Source: the human T2T-CHM13v2.0 reference genome, Homo sapiens | DNA: 64,000 nucleotides | NCBI RefSeq assembly: GCF_009914755.1 | Contig: NC_060932.1 | Direction: 5' to 3' (one strand) | Part shown: positions 26,589 to 39,859 of the stretch, piece after piece | How positions within the stretch are numbered: the first letter of the stretch is position 1 | How the letters are laid out: each line of letters starts with the position of its first letter | Program-made: the position numbers and the translations under genes | Notes under the pieces: model-generated | Database searches by the model: none | What the model saw: only the letters and a program-made list of their open reading frames with translations | What the model was told of the DNA's origin: nothing

Positions 26589-26953
26589 TGATATGGTTTA
26601 GCTCTGTGTCCCCACCCAAATCTCATCTCAAATTGTAATTTTCACATGTCAAGGGAAGGACCTGGAGGGAGGTGATTGGATCATGGGGGCAGTTTCCCCC
26701 ATGCTGTTCTCGTGATGGTGAGTTCTCATGAGATCTGATGGTTTTATAAGGGGCTGTCCCCCGTTCACTTTCTCTTTTCCCTCCTGACACCTTGTGAAGA
26801 AGGTGCTTCCTTCCTTTTTGCCTTCTGCCATGATTGTAAGTTTCCTGAGGCCTCCCCAGCTATGTGGAGCTGTAGGTCAATTAAACCTCTATTCTTTATG
26901 AATTACCCAGTCTCATGCTCTTCTTTATGGCAGTGTGAAAACAGACTAATACA
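26589..26953 (+). mobile_element. MSTA/THE1-type MaLR solo LTR
   Basis: tgatatggtt...gactaataca, with TSD TCAGC. Confidence 0.93.
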
Positions 26954-27979
26954 TCAGCTTTGATAAGTACTATAAAATGAAAACTAGAGCGGGCAGGGGG
27001 GTACCAGTTTAAAGTGGACTAGCACTTTATCTTGACAGTCTAAGAGAATATCCTTGGAAAAGTGACAAATGAGTGGAGATCTGAAAACTAAATAGGAGTT
27101 TCACCCATAAAAGTTTAGACGGAGGAGCTTCAAGAGAACTCCAGGCAGTGGAGCAGTGCACACAACCCCCTGTGGAGAATGCATGGCATCGCAGAGTGAG
27201 TGAGGAAGTGGTTTGAGAACCGCCCTTATTCTACCCTCCGCTTCCTTGTGGAGCCTTTGGTATATTTTCTTTTTCCAGCACCATGAAGATTATATGTTGA
27301 CTTTGAATCACCTCTATGGACTGCTGGATAATATCTTCATGGTAATGACCTGAAGGCATTTCAGAACTAAAGTTCTAAAGAGAGATGTTGTTTCCATGCC
27401 AAAGGCATTGGGTTCACAAGGCAAGTATGTGATGCTCCTTTCCAAAGCCTTGTGCGTGCTCTTCTCTTGACATTTTGTCCAAGGATACTTCCTTGAGTTA
27501 ACTACCTGCATTTTGTTGAAAGAGTGCAAATTGCTGTTTTCTTCTTTTTGCTTTAAAAAATATGATATTGCATTTAAAAAAGATTATAGTTTGAACTCTC
27601 CTCTAGAAGGAATGTTATATATGGCAGAATTTGGCTAGCACAGTCCTTGGTACATATACCATAGTTACTAAAAATATAATTTGGAATAAGCTGCCTGTGA
27701 GCCTTGGAATTTGAGGTATCAGTGACTGTCTTTTCAGCCCTATGAGTGCTGATGCTTTGGCCACAAATGTGCTCAATTTCATTTCCATAAATCATTCTTT
27801 TATAGAAAGTCCCCTTGCTTGGCTCTGAACCTGCATCCAAAGGCAATAGAAATCCTCCCATGCCTGGAATAAGTCTGCCGGATGAGGCTGCTGAGCAATA
27901 CCTCAGAGATCTGGGTCCGTGCTCCTCAGGAAGGTGACCCCCTCTAGGGAGAAGTGCTGAAGCAAAACTTTTTTTTCAG

Positions 27980-28395
27980 ATCCAGGCAGGAGTTGGGCTG
28001 GAAGCTGACCCTGAGACTAGAATTTAAGTGCAGGTGATTCATTTAAAAGATGATTTTGGGAAACAACAGCAGGGGAGGGGTAATATAAGACAGCAAGAGA
28101 AGGAAGCCAGCAAAGTGTGTGTTGTCAAGAAAGTTACTGCTATGGACAATGGGAGTCAATTATTTGGGAGAACTTTGGGAGCCAGAGTAGGGTATAAATC
28201 TCCAAGTCCTCCCACCTGATGTGCAAGAGTGCTGCAGTGGTTAGCCACTAACGCTGCATCTTTCACTGTGAGGGAAACCTTCAGGGTCTTGCAGCTTTCC
28301 TGTATACAGGTGGCCCCAGGATTCAGGAAGAGCCCTCCCTGTATAGAGGTGGGTAGTGAGTGGATAGGAGAGGTCACTAATAGTGTCTGGCACAG
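27980..28395. mobile_element. Old ERVL LTR (LTR33-like)
   Basis: gaccctgagac...aagtgcaggtgattcattt...gaaggaagccagcaaag...gttactgctatggacaat. Confidence 0.55.
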
Positions 28396-30954
28396 GGTTG
28401 ACTCAACATGAGCCTGGGCTTACCAATGGTCTTGGGAAAACAAAAAGCTATTTTTAAAAGGGGCAGAAATGAGTGGCAAATGGGCTGTGCATCTTGGGCA
28501 GAAGTCCCTTTCGGGAAGAAGGAGGCTCTTTCCTAATAAGGTCATGACAATGAAATAAAAGGCAAATCTCCACATTTAATACACACAGTGCTTTCTTTAG
28601 ATGGCATGTGCCAGGATGGCACGGCAGTGTGTTAGTTCCTTTTTATTTCCCAAGGTGATGCTACATCATTGGGTTTTTTTTCATGCTAATAAATATTAAG
28701 GAGCTGTCAGGGTTATTTCTGTTGCTTTTTAAAAAAAGTAGTGCCAACATTCTTTAACCTATTCTTGTCGCTCAACCATAGTCTTCTGTGGGCTGGAGAT
28801 TGGAAAATCAGTTAAGAAGGGCATATGGGATGAGCACCAGATAGGAGAGGCTGTTTACAGTTTATTCAAATAGCGGAATGCATATTTTCTGTTCTTTTTC
28901 TTTCTTTTTTTTTTTTGTTATAGAAAGTATTGAATACACTGCCAAGGTTGAATTGGAGATAGAGCATTAGATTTTCCACATGTTGCTTTTTAGGACCAGA
29001 GGTGTTTTATTCCCTTGGAGATCTCTGCAAGTAGAGTTTGGTGACTGTGGCTATTATCATACCAACCATAACCTGGAAAGATGAACTTGGCTCCTTATGT
29101 AAGAAGCTTAACAGCTGGCTACTTGAGATCCCTTAGAACACTGGGTTAGAAAGCAAAGAAGCTAGTACAACTGTGAGCAGGCCAACATAATTTTTCACTT
29201 CATAATATTAATAATATCTAATGTCATTTTTCTGACAATTCTTCACTGCCACCACTAAAATAAGGTTATTTCTCAATAGGAGAGAACAGGGAACAGAGGT
29301 TAGATCAATCTACTTTTCAATTTCACTAACACTTTTAAGGTGCTTCTCTATGGCAAGGTCTGTGTAGAAAACAATGCTGATACAGAGAAGGAGAATCACT
29401 GGTCCTGCCTCTGGAAATGTAAAGCTTGGGAAGGGACGATGATAAGTAGTAGAACACACTTACAAAACAGCTGGTAGCTATTGCAGCAAAGCTTTCTATG
29501 GTGCATGATGGGTGGAGAGAGGAGGAGGAAGCTCTTGGATGAGTCCAGCTGGGAATTGCTGAAGATGTGACTCAGGGCAGGAGGAGTGGGGGGCTGGTGC
29601 AGTCTGGAGATGGCTTCAGTAGAATTTGCTTATGGTGCATGTGGGCCAGATGATTATGACTTCTGTGTGGGAGGTTGAGAAAAGGCACAGGTCGAGGGCT
29701 TGGGTGGGAGGAGATGAGTTCTGGTACATGTTACATTTGGGGTGCTATGAGACATTCTTGCAGAGATACCAGGTTGGGTTCTTGAAGAAAATATTTGTCC
29801 TGGAGGTAAGGGTTTAAGTGTCAACAACATGGACTTCCATCTACCACAAATGGGTAGAAAGCGTTTTCTTTAATTAAAATAGGGAATATAAGATGAGAGT
29901 AGAATGGGACTGGGAGAAGAAAGAGAACACATCAAGAACACCATAGATCATCAATATATTTTTTTCTAAGGTAGAGATGGGAAAGAACTAACATTCTATT
30001 TGGTGCCAGACTATTTTTCATATGCTGTTTCTTTTATTTCCCACAATAGTTTGATGATAGGAAGTGCTAGTCCCATTTTACAGGTGGGGAAACAGAGACC
30101 TGGAGTGATGGTGTGGATGGCCAAGTTTACACATCTGTTGGGGAGGAGGGGGCTGACGTGTAACTTCCTTCATGCTTTTAGCGTTCAATACCAATGAAAC
30201 AGGAAATGGGAGACAGAAAGATAGCATTCAAAATGTTAATAAGAAATGGGAAATAAAAAACGTCGTTCAAAATGACAGTTTTACTACACAGAAGGCTGAT
30301 TGGATACTAGAGTTTAGATATGTGGTGTGGCGGGTATCCTAAGACTTTACTCCAGAATTGAATTTACCAGCTCTCTTAGGTCCATTGGTCATGCCAAAAT
30401 GTGTGTAATATGAGCTTACGGTAGAGGAGAAGGCTGACCCTTCTTTCAACATCTCCATTCGCTCCCCTCCTCTAGGTGAGTGATGGGTAGAGAGAGGGTG
30501 AGAGTGTTTCTTCAGCAATGTTCCTTCTTAGGGAGTGAAGTAGAAATTTATTTTCCTCCTTGGAAATAAAAGTAGCTAGTAAGCTTTTGATGATATGTAG
30601 TCAATGGTATTCGAACCCAGGTTCAACAGAGTCTTGGATCCATTTTTATCACTCTGCAATAGAGGGCACCAGTTAATAACATAAACTTTGGAACAACAAA
30701 ATTAGACATTTTCAGGCACACAGTTATTTTTCATGCCTAACATCCCACTCAGCCCCTTCTAGGAAGAAGCATCTTTTTGGAAGCTTGGCCCTGACTTCAC
30801 ATCCTAGCCTCATCTCACTTCTCCCTGATGAGAATGAGAACCTAGCATTATTCACGAGGCTCTGACTCTGTCCTGGTACAAAGACAAGACCACTGGGTAG
30901 AGAAAGTATGAATCCTCCCTTTCTCCTTAAGTAGTATTTGGAATTAGTGTTTCT

Positions 30955-31135
30955 TGTTGTGAGGATAGGAAAAAAAAGTGTTTTTTTCTTTTCTTACACC
31001 ATCAACATAACACAGCATATTCTACCTCACTTCACTTCTGGTCATCAAAATGTGTTTGAGATTTCTCCCCATATAACCAATTCTGAGACAAAAACCAGCT
31101 ATGTGTGCTTTAATTCAGTTCAATTCTGATATTGA
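30955..31135. mobile_element. MER21-like LTR, first part
   Basis: cacttctggtcatcaaaatgtgt...ccagctatgtgtgctttaattcagttcaattctga. Confidence 0.65.
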
Positions 31136-31811
31136 CTTGGAATGAGTTGAGTTGGGTTGACATAGGTTAAACTGACTGGTGTTGAGTTAGAATTGGAATG
31201 AACTCAAGGTGAAGAGATACAAGAATACCTCCAGCCAGTGAACCAGGATACAGGACAAATGAACCCAACTCAACTGACAGAATGAACAGATGAGATGCTA
31301 TACAGGTCACAGGAGGAAGCTATATTAATGAATCAAACATTTATTGAGCACCTACTAAGTGCTTGGTGAGTGCAATAGTGGAATAAATTCAGAATATTGT
31401 GGTTGTGCTCAGGAAGTGAATTTGACCAAAAATTGGGAGATTTCCAGAGGAATTGATATTTGAGCTTTGTTTTAAAGGGTGGTTTATAGTTATCTAGACA
31501 AACAGGAAAGATAAAACATTCTGGACAGGTGAAAGAAAGACAATTTTCTAGACTCTCCGAGATATCAAAAATGCCTGAAACATGGAATACAGGGAGCTGA
31601 ACAGGTAGGACTAGAATGAGAGAGACAAGGTGGGAAAGTTGGGAAGACAGGCCAAGCTCAGATCACTAATGGCCTTCTGTGCTATGCCCAGGAGTTTGGA
31701 CTTACCCTGAAGAAGCTGGCCTCCTAAAGCTGAGCCCATCCCATTCTTATGATGCCATTGCTTGGTGTGACATTAAACCTTGAATGAAGTCTTAGTGTTC
31801 CAAGAATCTGA

Positions 31812-32015
31812 ACATGTTCAGCTACTGGACACTCTCAGAACCCAGTCCTGTTGGGTTTTTATGGGAGCCTTATTATATAGGCATAATTGATTACATCACT
31901 GGCGGTTGGTGACCAGCTTGAATTTCAGCCTCTCTTGCCTCCCTGGAGGTGGAGCTGAAAGTCCCAATCCTCTAACTGTGCCTCCATCTTTCTGGGTGAC
32001 CAGCTCCCTTTCTCA
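31812..32015. mobile_element. MER21-like LTR, second part
   Basis: ttgggtttttatgg...taggcataattgattacatcactggc...ggagctgaaagtcccaatcctctaa. Confidence 0.7.
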
Positions 32016-33658
32016 AACTAACTCCCATTCCCATGAGGGAATGGCCAGGAAATGCAACCCTCCTCTGCCTTGAAGTCTGCCTCCTCTGCCTCTGTTCCCC
32101 ATCACTTTTGGTAGCTTCCTAACTCCCATCCTTCCAAACTGAGTGTATCTTTCCAGATTGCCAAGCAAATGATATAACCTAGTCCTTTACTGGAATCCAT
32201 AGAGCCATTCTGGACCACAGATATTTTGTGTCTGGTGGTGAGAACATATAGCTATAACTTCTAGTCTTCTTATGTATCCATGACATATCAAACACATATT
32301 TATGTTTTTATAAAAACAGAACCCTCCCTCCTCCTATTTTGGGGATACTCAGGCATTTTAATATAGAGAAGTGATTTGACAGGATCTTCCACTGACAGTG
32401 AAGAAGTACAAAGGTACACAAATGCAAGCACTTAGTAATATAATTGAAACCACATATGTTCCCTTCCCACCTGCTTTCAGAGATGTAGAACCAGTTGCAG
32501 ACAGGGCAGAGCTATTACCAGAAAACAGGTCTTCTTCTGTCTGGACTTATTTCCTCCATAGTTCCATAAGACAGGACTATAAGATCTGAGGGAAAATAAT
32601 GTCCTGCTGGTATTAAGAGAGAGTCGTTGCATAGTTAAATGCACTGTACCACAGATGCTCCTGCAACCTGGGTCATTCTATCCTGAATAATGTCTAATTA
32701 TATATTTCCATGGTTACTTTGAGAGATATTATAAAAATGAGTCCCCCAACCCCCTAAAACATCACAAGGACTTTAGGAAGCATATCGAAGGGAGGGCAAA
32801 ACAAAACCATACAATTACCATATTCAAGCAAATAATCAGAGGCAAAATTGGCGACAGAGGCATATTATCTCCCACTAATTATCATTTTAAATGATGAAAA
32901 TCTCAAAATGAATGGTACTTTCTCCACCCCTGTGCTGCACAGAGCTCTCCTTTTCCCATCTCCAGGAACTAAGGGCCTAATTATTTGCAATTAATAATGG
33001 AGCCCCATCTCCTTGGCATGAATTCCATTTGCTGCTGTAAATGGGGGCCACACATCTCGCAGAAAGTGTGGTTGTTAAATAAAGCCCTGGCGCTCCCTGC
33101 CTCCCCTTCCGATTTCCCAGCATAAAGAATGACTGTAATTAAGAGCAGCCCAATTAGCAGCCTTAGCTCAGATTCCTTCACTCCCCAAACCGGCAGGCAT
33201 ACCCCCTTTTTGCTTTGGGTGGGATGTCATTCTCAGAGAAGTCAAATTCAAACATACACTCCAAATCACCTTGAGCTGAGTGAAACTGTGCCATATTCCC
33301 TGTCATGCATTTCCGAAGGGAGTGTACATTGAAGGGATAAGATGGCCTTTCCAAAAGATTTTGAATTGTTATGTGGATGGAGATGAGAAATGGCTTGCTT
33401 TAAATACATCACTAATTCAGTACTTCATTTATGATATGGTTTGGCTCTGTGTCCCTACCAAAATCTCATGTTGAATTATGATCTTTTGTGTTGGGGGAAG
33501 GCCCTGGTGGGAGGCGATTTGCTCATGGGGGCAGATTTCTCCCTTGCTGTTCTCATGATAGTGAGTGAGTTCTCATGATATCTGGTTGTTTAGAAGTATG
33601 TAGCATCTCCCTCTTCACTCGCTGTCTCCCACTCTGCCATGTGAAGAAGGTTTTTGTT

Positions 33659-34227
<569 letters not shown>

Positions 34228-36792
34228 TTCTCCTCTTTTGCCTTTGGCCATGATTATAAGTTTCCTGAGGTCTCTCAGTCATGCTTCCTGTACAGCCTGC
34301 AGAACTGTGAGTTGATTAAACCTCTTTTCTTCTTAAAATACCTTGTCTCAGGCAGCTCTTTATAGTAGTGTGAGAATGGACGAATACATCTTATTAATTG
34401 AGTATAGGGCTAGCACCTGTCATGGTCTAAGCATCATACTAGGAGGTAGATTTTCTGTGATGCACCTGACAGAATGCCTTTGTTCAAGTTGATCACAGCC
34501 AAGCAAGGCTAGGTGGATTCATAAGCGGTTGGAGTGCAGTGTGATAACTGCAGTAAAAGCTCAGTAGCTTCTGTAGTGGGGGCAGTAGTGGGTGTGAAGA
34601 CAGATAAGGGTAACTTTTGAGAATACAGGAACTGCAAAGTAAATACTTTCCTAGGTCCACTCCAGAAAATTAGGTCTGGCTTACAACAGAGAAAATATCG
34701 AATTGCTACTGTTGAGTACTTGTAGGTGGAACCATGCAGCTAAGTACCGTGCAAAGGTTTTCAAGGCATTTCATGCTCTCCCCGCAAAGTTCTTTTCAGC
34801 CACATTTTCCATGTAAGTCTACATTCACACTCTGCCTTGGCTATGCCTGACACGCCATGTTTCCCTAATGCAATGCACCTTCATGCCTATGTTGTTCCTT
34901 CCTCTGACATCCTTTCTTCCTATTCTGTATCTACAGAATTCTGAACCTGTTTGGGCAGCATGCTCTCGTGGAAGGTAAATCGACTTTGGAGAACCCCCCA
35001 CCCCCTACTTCATTATTGGTTCTGCTCTGGGCAAAATGTTGATTCTCTGTGAACTCTGTGAAAATATATGTGAAGGCAGGGATAATGATTCCTACTTCAA
35101 AGAACTGTTGTGAGGACTAAGTGAAAAAATATAGGAGACTCACAAGACAAGGCATGTGGTGGGTGCTTTAGTTACTACTTTCCTACCTGGCTTTGTGGGA
35201 TCAAACTGCAGGAAATTCAATTAAAGAAACAAACCAATAAGAGCTCAAGTCCTACCAACAAGATTATACACCACTTCCTGTGGTTCAAGCCCCAAGCTGG
35301 CAGCTATGGGAAGGCAGGAATGTGAGGTCTAGAGGTTTTATGAAGGTGTTGCCAGACCAGGTGTGGAGAGAAGACTCACTGCATACAGGAAACAAACCAG
35401 CTAGATATTGTGTTATAGTGTCTACTTGTGAGCAACCTGAGGGCTGGGGTTATCCATCTTTGAATGTTCAGAGACTAGCACGGTGCCTTTCATTGAATGA
35501 ATGTATAAATGACTGAATTGAATGAGCAAATAAATGCACGATATTTTGGTACCTTCCACTATTACCAGCCCAAAGTTATGCTTAATAAATTAGTATTGAC
35601 TATTTGAATTAATGAAGGAAAGGTTTGCATTGCACGTCACAGGCAATTTATGATTCAGATGGATATGCAGAAAATTTGGGAGGAGGTAGACGTGGGTTTT
35701 CTGTTGCTACTTTCCTACTTGGCTTTGTGGAATCCAACTGCAGGAAATTAGATCTGCCCCCACCCCCCCATTCACTCTCTGTGTGACCTTCAGCAAGCCA
35801 AATATTTGTAGCTAACCCAAGACTTAGAAGATCAGTGATTCCAAATGAACAGCTCTCTCTCTCTTTATAAATGGCTCAGAATCGATTTCTGGGGTGCCAT
35901 AGTCCCCTCCTCTCTGTAATGTCATACTCTCCATCTGCAGGTTGGTTGCTTAGATAAAACCACATGGGGCCTTCATGGAGAAGTTTATACTTGAGTGAGT
36001 GGAGTCGTAGATGATGAGTAGGAATTAACCAGAAGTTAAGGGAGGAGAGGGACCAGTGGTTTAGCGAACCTTATTTACACAGGGAGTAGAGAGAAGTGTG
36101 CCAATAAAATGATGACTGTGTTGAGGCTGGGAGGGTGAGTGGAAGGTACAAGGATAGTTGGAGATAAGGGCAGACATGTAGGTGAAACTGGAGTATGAGG
36201 GGTTTTGCAAGACACTCTAAGAGGTTTTGGTTCAGATCAGGAAAGATAAAATTATTTGAAGCCCTCTTGCATGCCAGGCAGTATCCTCCTCACTGAGTAA
36301 TGATGGATGAGGAAGATGTGGTTTCTGTGCTTGGAACACACTGTCCCATTGGGGAAAAGCAGGAAAGGAACAGAAAATGTAAATGTAACGTGGTGGTGAA
36401 TGCTGTAAGGGAGGTAAGAACAGATGACTGGAGAGCACAATAGAGGTCTCACCACCATGCCGTGATGGAGCTACAGCTACCATCATCATTTTACAGATGC
36501 AGGAACTGAGCGTGCTTAACTCTCAAGCTTGAGCTCAATCTACCACACAAGGGATGGCAGAAAAAATGCCAGCAACGGTGGCTGTGTTCCAAGCTCTGCT
36601 TTTGGTGTGAAATCTCTTTTATTGGCTTCAAGGCCAGAGAGAGGCAAACTCACCTCTGAGGTTATTCTAGCTGCCGGGAGATGGGAAAGAAGGTGGGTGT
36701 CCCAAGTGGGTCTCTGCATGTCCTGCAGTGCCCAGGCCTTGGTGCGTTTTCTACCTTCTGTCTCCCTGTGCCCCCTGACATGCCGCCAAGCA

Positions 36793-36805
36793 GTTGCTTA
36801 GCAAC
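36793..36805. promoter_or_regulatory. RFX X-box-like palindrome GTTGCTTAGCAAC
   Basis: Matches the RFX GTTGC-N3/4-GCAAC pattern in apparently non-repeat DNA. Motif match only. Confidence 0.4.
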
Positions 36806-36954
36806 ATCTCCAGCAAGACTATGCATCCTGGCATAAATTGCTGTTATGCACAGGGAGAGATTTCTCCCTCCTCTCTCTCCTGCGTTTTAAGCAAAGAAAC
36901 ATCCTAAAATAGGGCATTTTTTTTTCTATTCCTTTTTTTTTTTTTTTTTGACAG

Positions 36955-37085
36955 ACAACTTCTGTGTAAATGTTGAAATCTGTGTTGTCTGTCAGGAGCA
37001 GTCAATCTGAAAACTTTGCAGAGAAGAATGTATATTTAGTAACGGGTGACAAAGAGAGGAAGACATTGAGATGTCAATTATTCTG
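36955..37085 (+). other. Candidate non-coding internal exon
   Basis: Long poly-T tract then gacag acceptor, and donor CTG|GTGAGT. Stops in all three frames. Confidence 0.35.
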
Positions 37086-37609
37086 GTGAGTTAATACAAA
37101 AGCTGGGTATTTAAATCAAGTGGTTTAGGGAAATGAGAAGGGAAAAGAGAAGGGCTCAGTAGAGACCCTTGTATCTGAAACAGTGCCGGGCCCAATTTTG
37201 TTTAACTCCATCTGTTGCTGAGGATATCCGTGGGGTCAGCCTAACCCTGAGAATATCTATGAGATCATTCGTGCTGCCACATGGAGGCTCACTCTGGATT
37301 CCTGCAGAAAACATGCTGGGTTTATAAGCAATGAGGCCAGATTTGAGCCCCAGCTCTGTGGATTTTCGTATTTGGACTCTGATACAGCATGCCCTTTAAA
37401 TATGGAAGATTTCTGAATGAGTTGGTACATAGCTCATCACCCCTCTATAATCTCCTGTATCTAATCTACTCTCTGCCTCACCTCCCTCTCCCCACCCCAC
37501 AGCCTGGGCCTCCAGACCCCTATATCAGTGTTCTTCCACATGGACAGTGCCAGGGTTGTCCTGCTAGTGGAAGCGGTCCAGTGCCACCCCTATCACCCTA
37601 GGACCATTG

Positions 37610-37825
37610 CTAGCAACCTGGGGCAATTTTGTGCCCAGGGGCTATTTGGCAATATTTGGGCTATCTTTCATTGTCACATCTGAGGGGCAGGGTTACTACT
37701 GGCATTCCATGTTTCCAGCCCAGGAATGCTGCTAAACATCCTACTATGCGCAGTGCACCTCCCCACAACAAATAATAAGCTGACTCCAAATGTCAGTAGT
37801 CCTGAAGGTGAGAACCCCATTCTGC
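37610..37825 (+). mobile_element. MER20-type hAT relic
   Basis: ggggcaattttg...tttggcaat...tactactggcat...gaatgctgctaaacatccta...ccaaatgtcagtagt. Confidence 0.82.
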
Positions 37826-38367
37826 AGTGATCCTCTGAGGGAGACAACCTGGCTGAGTCACGTTTGCATTTTCTGACCTTACATAGTGCTTGACATGTCC
37901 TAGGCTGCTCAGTAAATCATTCTTTAATGAGTAAACAGCTAAACAAAAGATGAATTCTCCTAATGATTGAGCCAATACTTTCTAGTTTCAAGATACCAAT
38001 GCTGAACAGTTCCAACAGCATAGTTGGTATATTATTTCATGCCAGATTTATTCTGGATACCAACTAGCATTCAAAAGTAGTTGTGATGTGACTATGTGGG
38101 GTAAATTTATTATTGAGCAAGAAATGGTTTGGGATCAAATGTCTTAACTAGCTTCTTAGGTATAGTTCTGCAGTTGGTCTACAGTTTGCTGATGCCCATA
38201 GAATTTTGTCTGTTTCTCTTGGGTAGACTTTCTAGTTCCTAGTGTCTTCCTTTTTTAACCTCAGCTCACTCTGATCTTGAATGATCTCCAGTCAGTCAGC
38301 TCTTTATCCCAAGCCTTCAAGATGTGACACAACAGGCCTGTGAGAGTCAATATTTCCACATTTCCTG

Positions 38368-39344
38368 AGTGGTGAATTGAGTTATGTCCCCTCAAAAAAT
38401 ATGTCCAAGTCCTAACCCCCAGTTGCTGTGGCTGTGACCTTATTTGGAAAAAGGGTCTTTGTAGATGTGATTAAGTTAAGGATATCAAGAGATGAGATCA
38501 TCCTGGATTTATGGTAGGCCTAAATCCTATGACATGTGTTCTTATAAAAGAAGGGAAAGGACATTTTTGGACACAGGGGCACAGAAGGGAGAAGGCAATA
38601 TGAAGAAAGAGGCAGAGATTGGAGTAATGTGTCTACAAGCTGAGGAACACCAGGAAGCACAAGAACCTAGGGGAGAGGTATGGGCAGATTCTCCCTGTGA
38701 AGGTTAATTTCATGTTTTAATTTGACTGGGCCATTGGGTGCCTAGATGTCTGATTACACATTATTTCTGGGTGCATCTCTGAGGGTGTTTGGAAGAGATT
38801 AGCATTTGAATCAGTGGACTCAGTCAAGTAAATGGCCCTCCCCAGTGTGGGCGGGCACCACCCAATCCACTGGGGCCTAAATAGAACAAAAGGAGGAAGA
38901 ATGGAGAATACGTTCCTTTTGCCTGACTGCTTGAGCTGGGACATAGGTCTCCTCCTGCCCTGAAACTGGACTTGCCCTCTGGTTCTCAGGCCTTCAGACT
39001 TGGACTGGTTGGTACTATGCCACTGGCTTTCCTGGGTCTTGAACGTGTAGACAGCAGATTGTGAGATTTCTCAGCCTTCATAATCATGTGAGCCAGTTCC
39101 TCATAGTAAATCTCTTTATATCTCCACCTATGTGTGTATCTCTATGTGTATGTATCTATCCTTTGGTTCTGTTTCTCTGGAGAATCCTGACTAATATACT
39201 CACTGGAAGCCTTCAGAAGGAACCAACCCTGCTAACAACCTATTTCAGACTTCTGGCCTCCAAAACCATGAGAGATCATGTTTCTGTTGTTTCAGCCACT
39301 CAGTTTGTGGTCATTTGTCACCACAGCCTCCAGAAACTAACACA
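38368..39344 (+). mobile_element. MLT1B/C-like LTR (host of a nested MLT2)
   Basis: gtgaccttatttggaaa, gagatgagatcatcctggatt. Resumes after 39198 with gaaggaaccaaccctgc...gaaactaacaca. Confidence 0.85.
38696..39198 (+). mobile_element. MLT2 (ERVL) solo LTR
   Basis: tgtgaaggttaattt...ctcagccttcataatcatgtgagcca...ggttctgtttctctggagaatcctgactaatata. TSD CTCCC/CTCAC. Confidence 0.88.
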
Positions 39345-39859
39345 TCCTGTAAGCCTCCTACTGCTCCTGGTCCCACTACCTTGGATCAAGGCATCATCGA
39401 CCTGCCATTTGCCCAAGTTCCAATTATGTCCTGACTCTGCCCCCGTTGGACCCGTGGACTCTGGCCAACTGATGAGTTCTGCAAACTCTATCCACTTTAT
39501 TACCCTTCACTCTTTTGTCCAATATATGCTCAGTGACCACTGCCCAGTTTGAGGCCTCAGTAATTTCCACTCAGCACACCACACTGGCCTTCTTCTAACC
39601 TGTGTCTCCATGACTAGCCAGGCCACTGTCCATCTGCCTCTGAATTGAAAAGCTTCCAGATCCTTAAAACCCTTCATCCAGTCCTCCTTATAATCCTGAA
39701 TCATTCGAATGCTTTAGTAGACATATCTTTCTTGATTTTTTTAAAAATAAATTTTCTTTTTCTATTTTTAAAAATAGAGCCATTTATTTGGCCCATAGAA
39801 TGCACTAGTCCTTGGGTTTGGCCCTGGGTATTACATGGCTCTCGTTTTGTTCTTCCAGA

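Noticed and set aside
39061-39552. 163-aa ORF
   Set aside because: Read-through of MLT2 and MLT1 LTR sequence with a GTG start.
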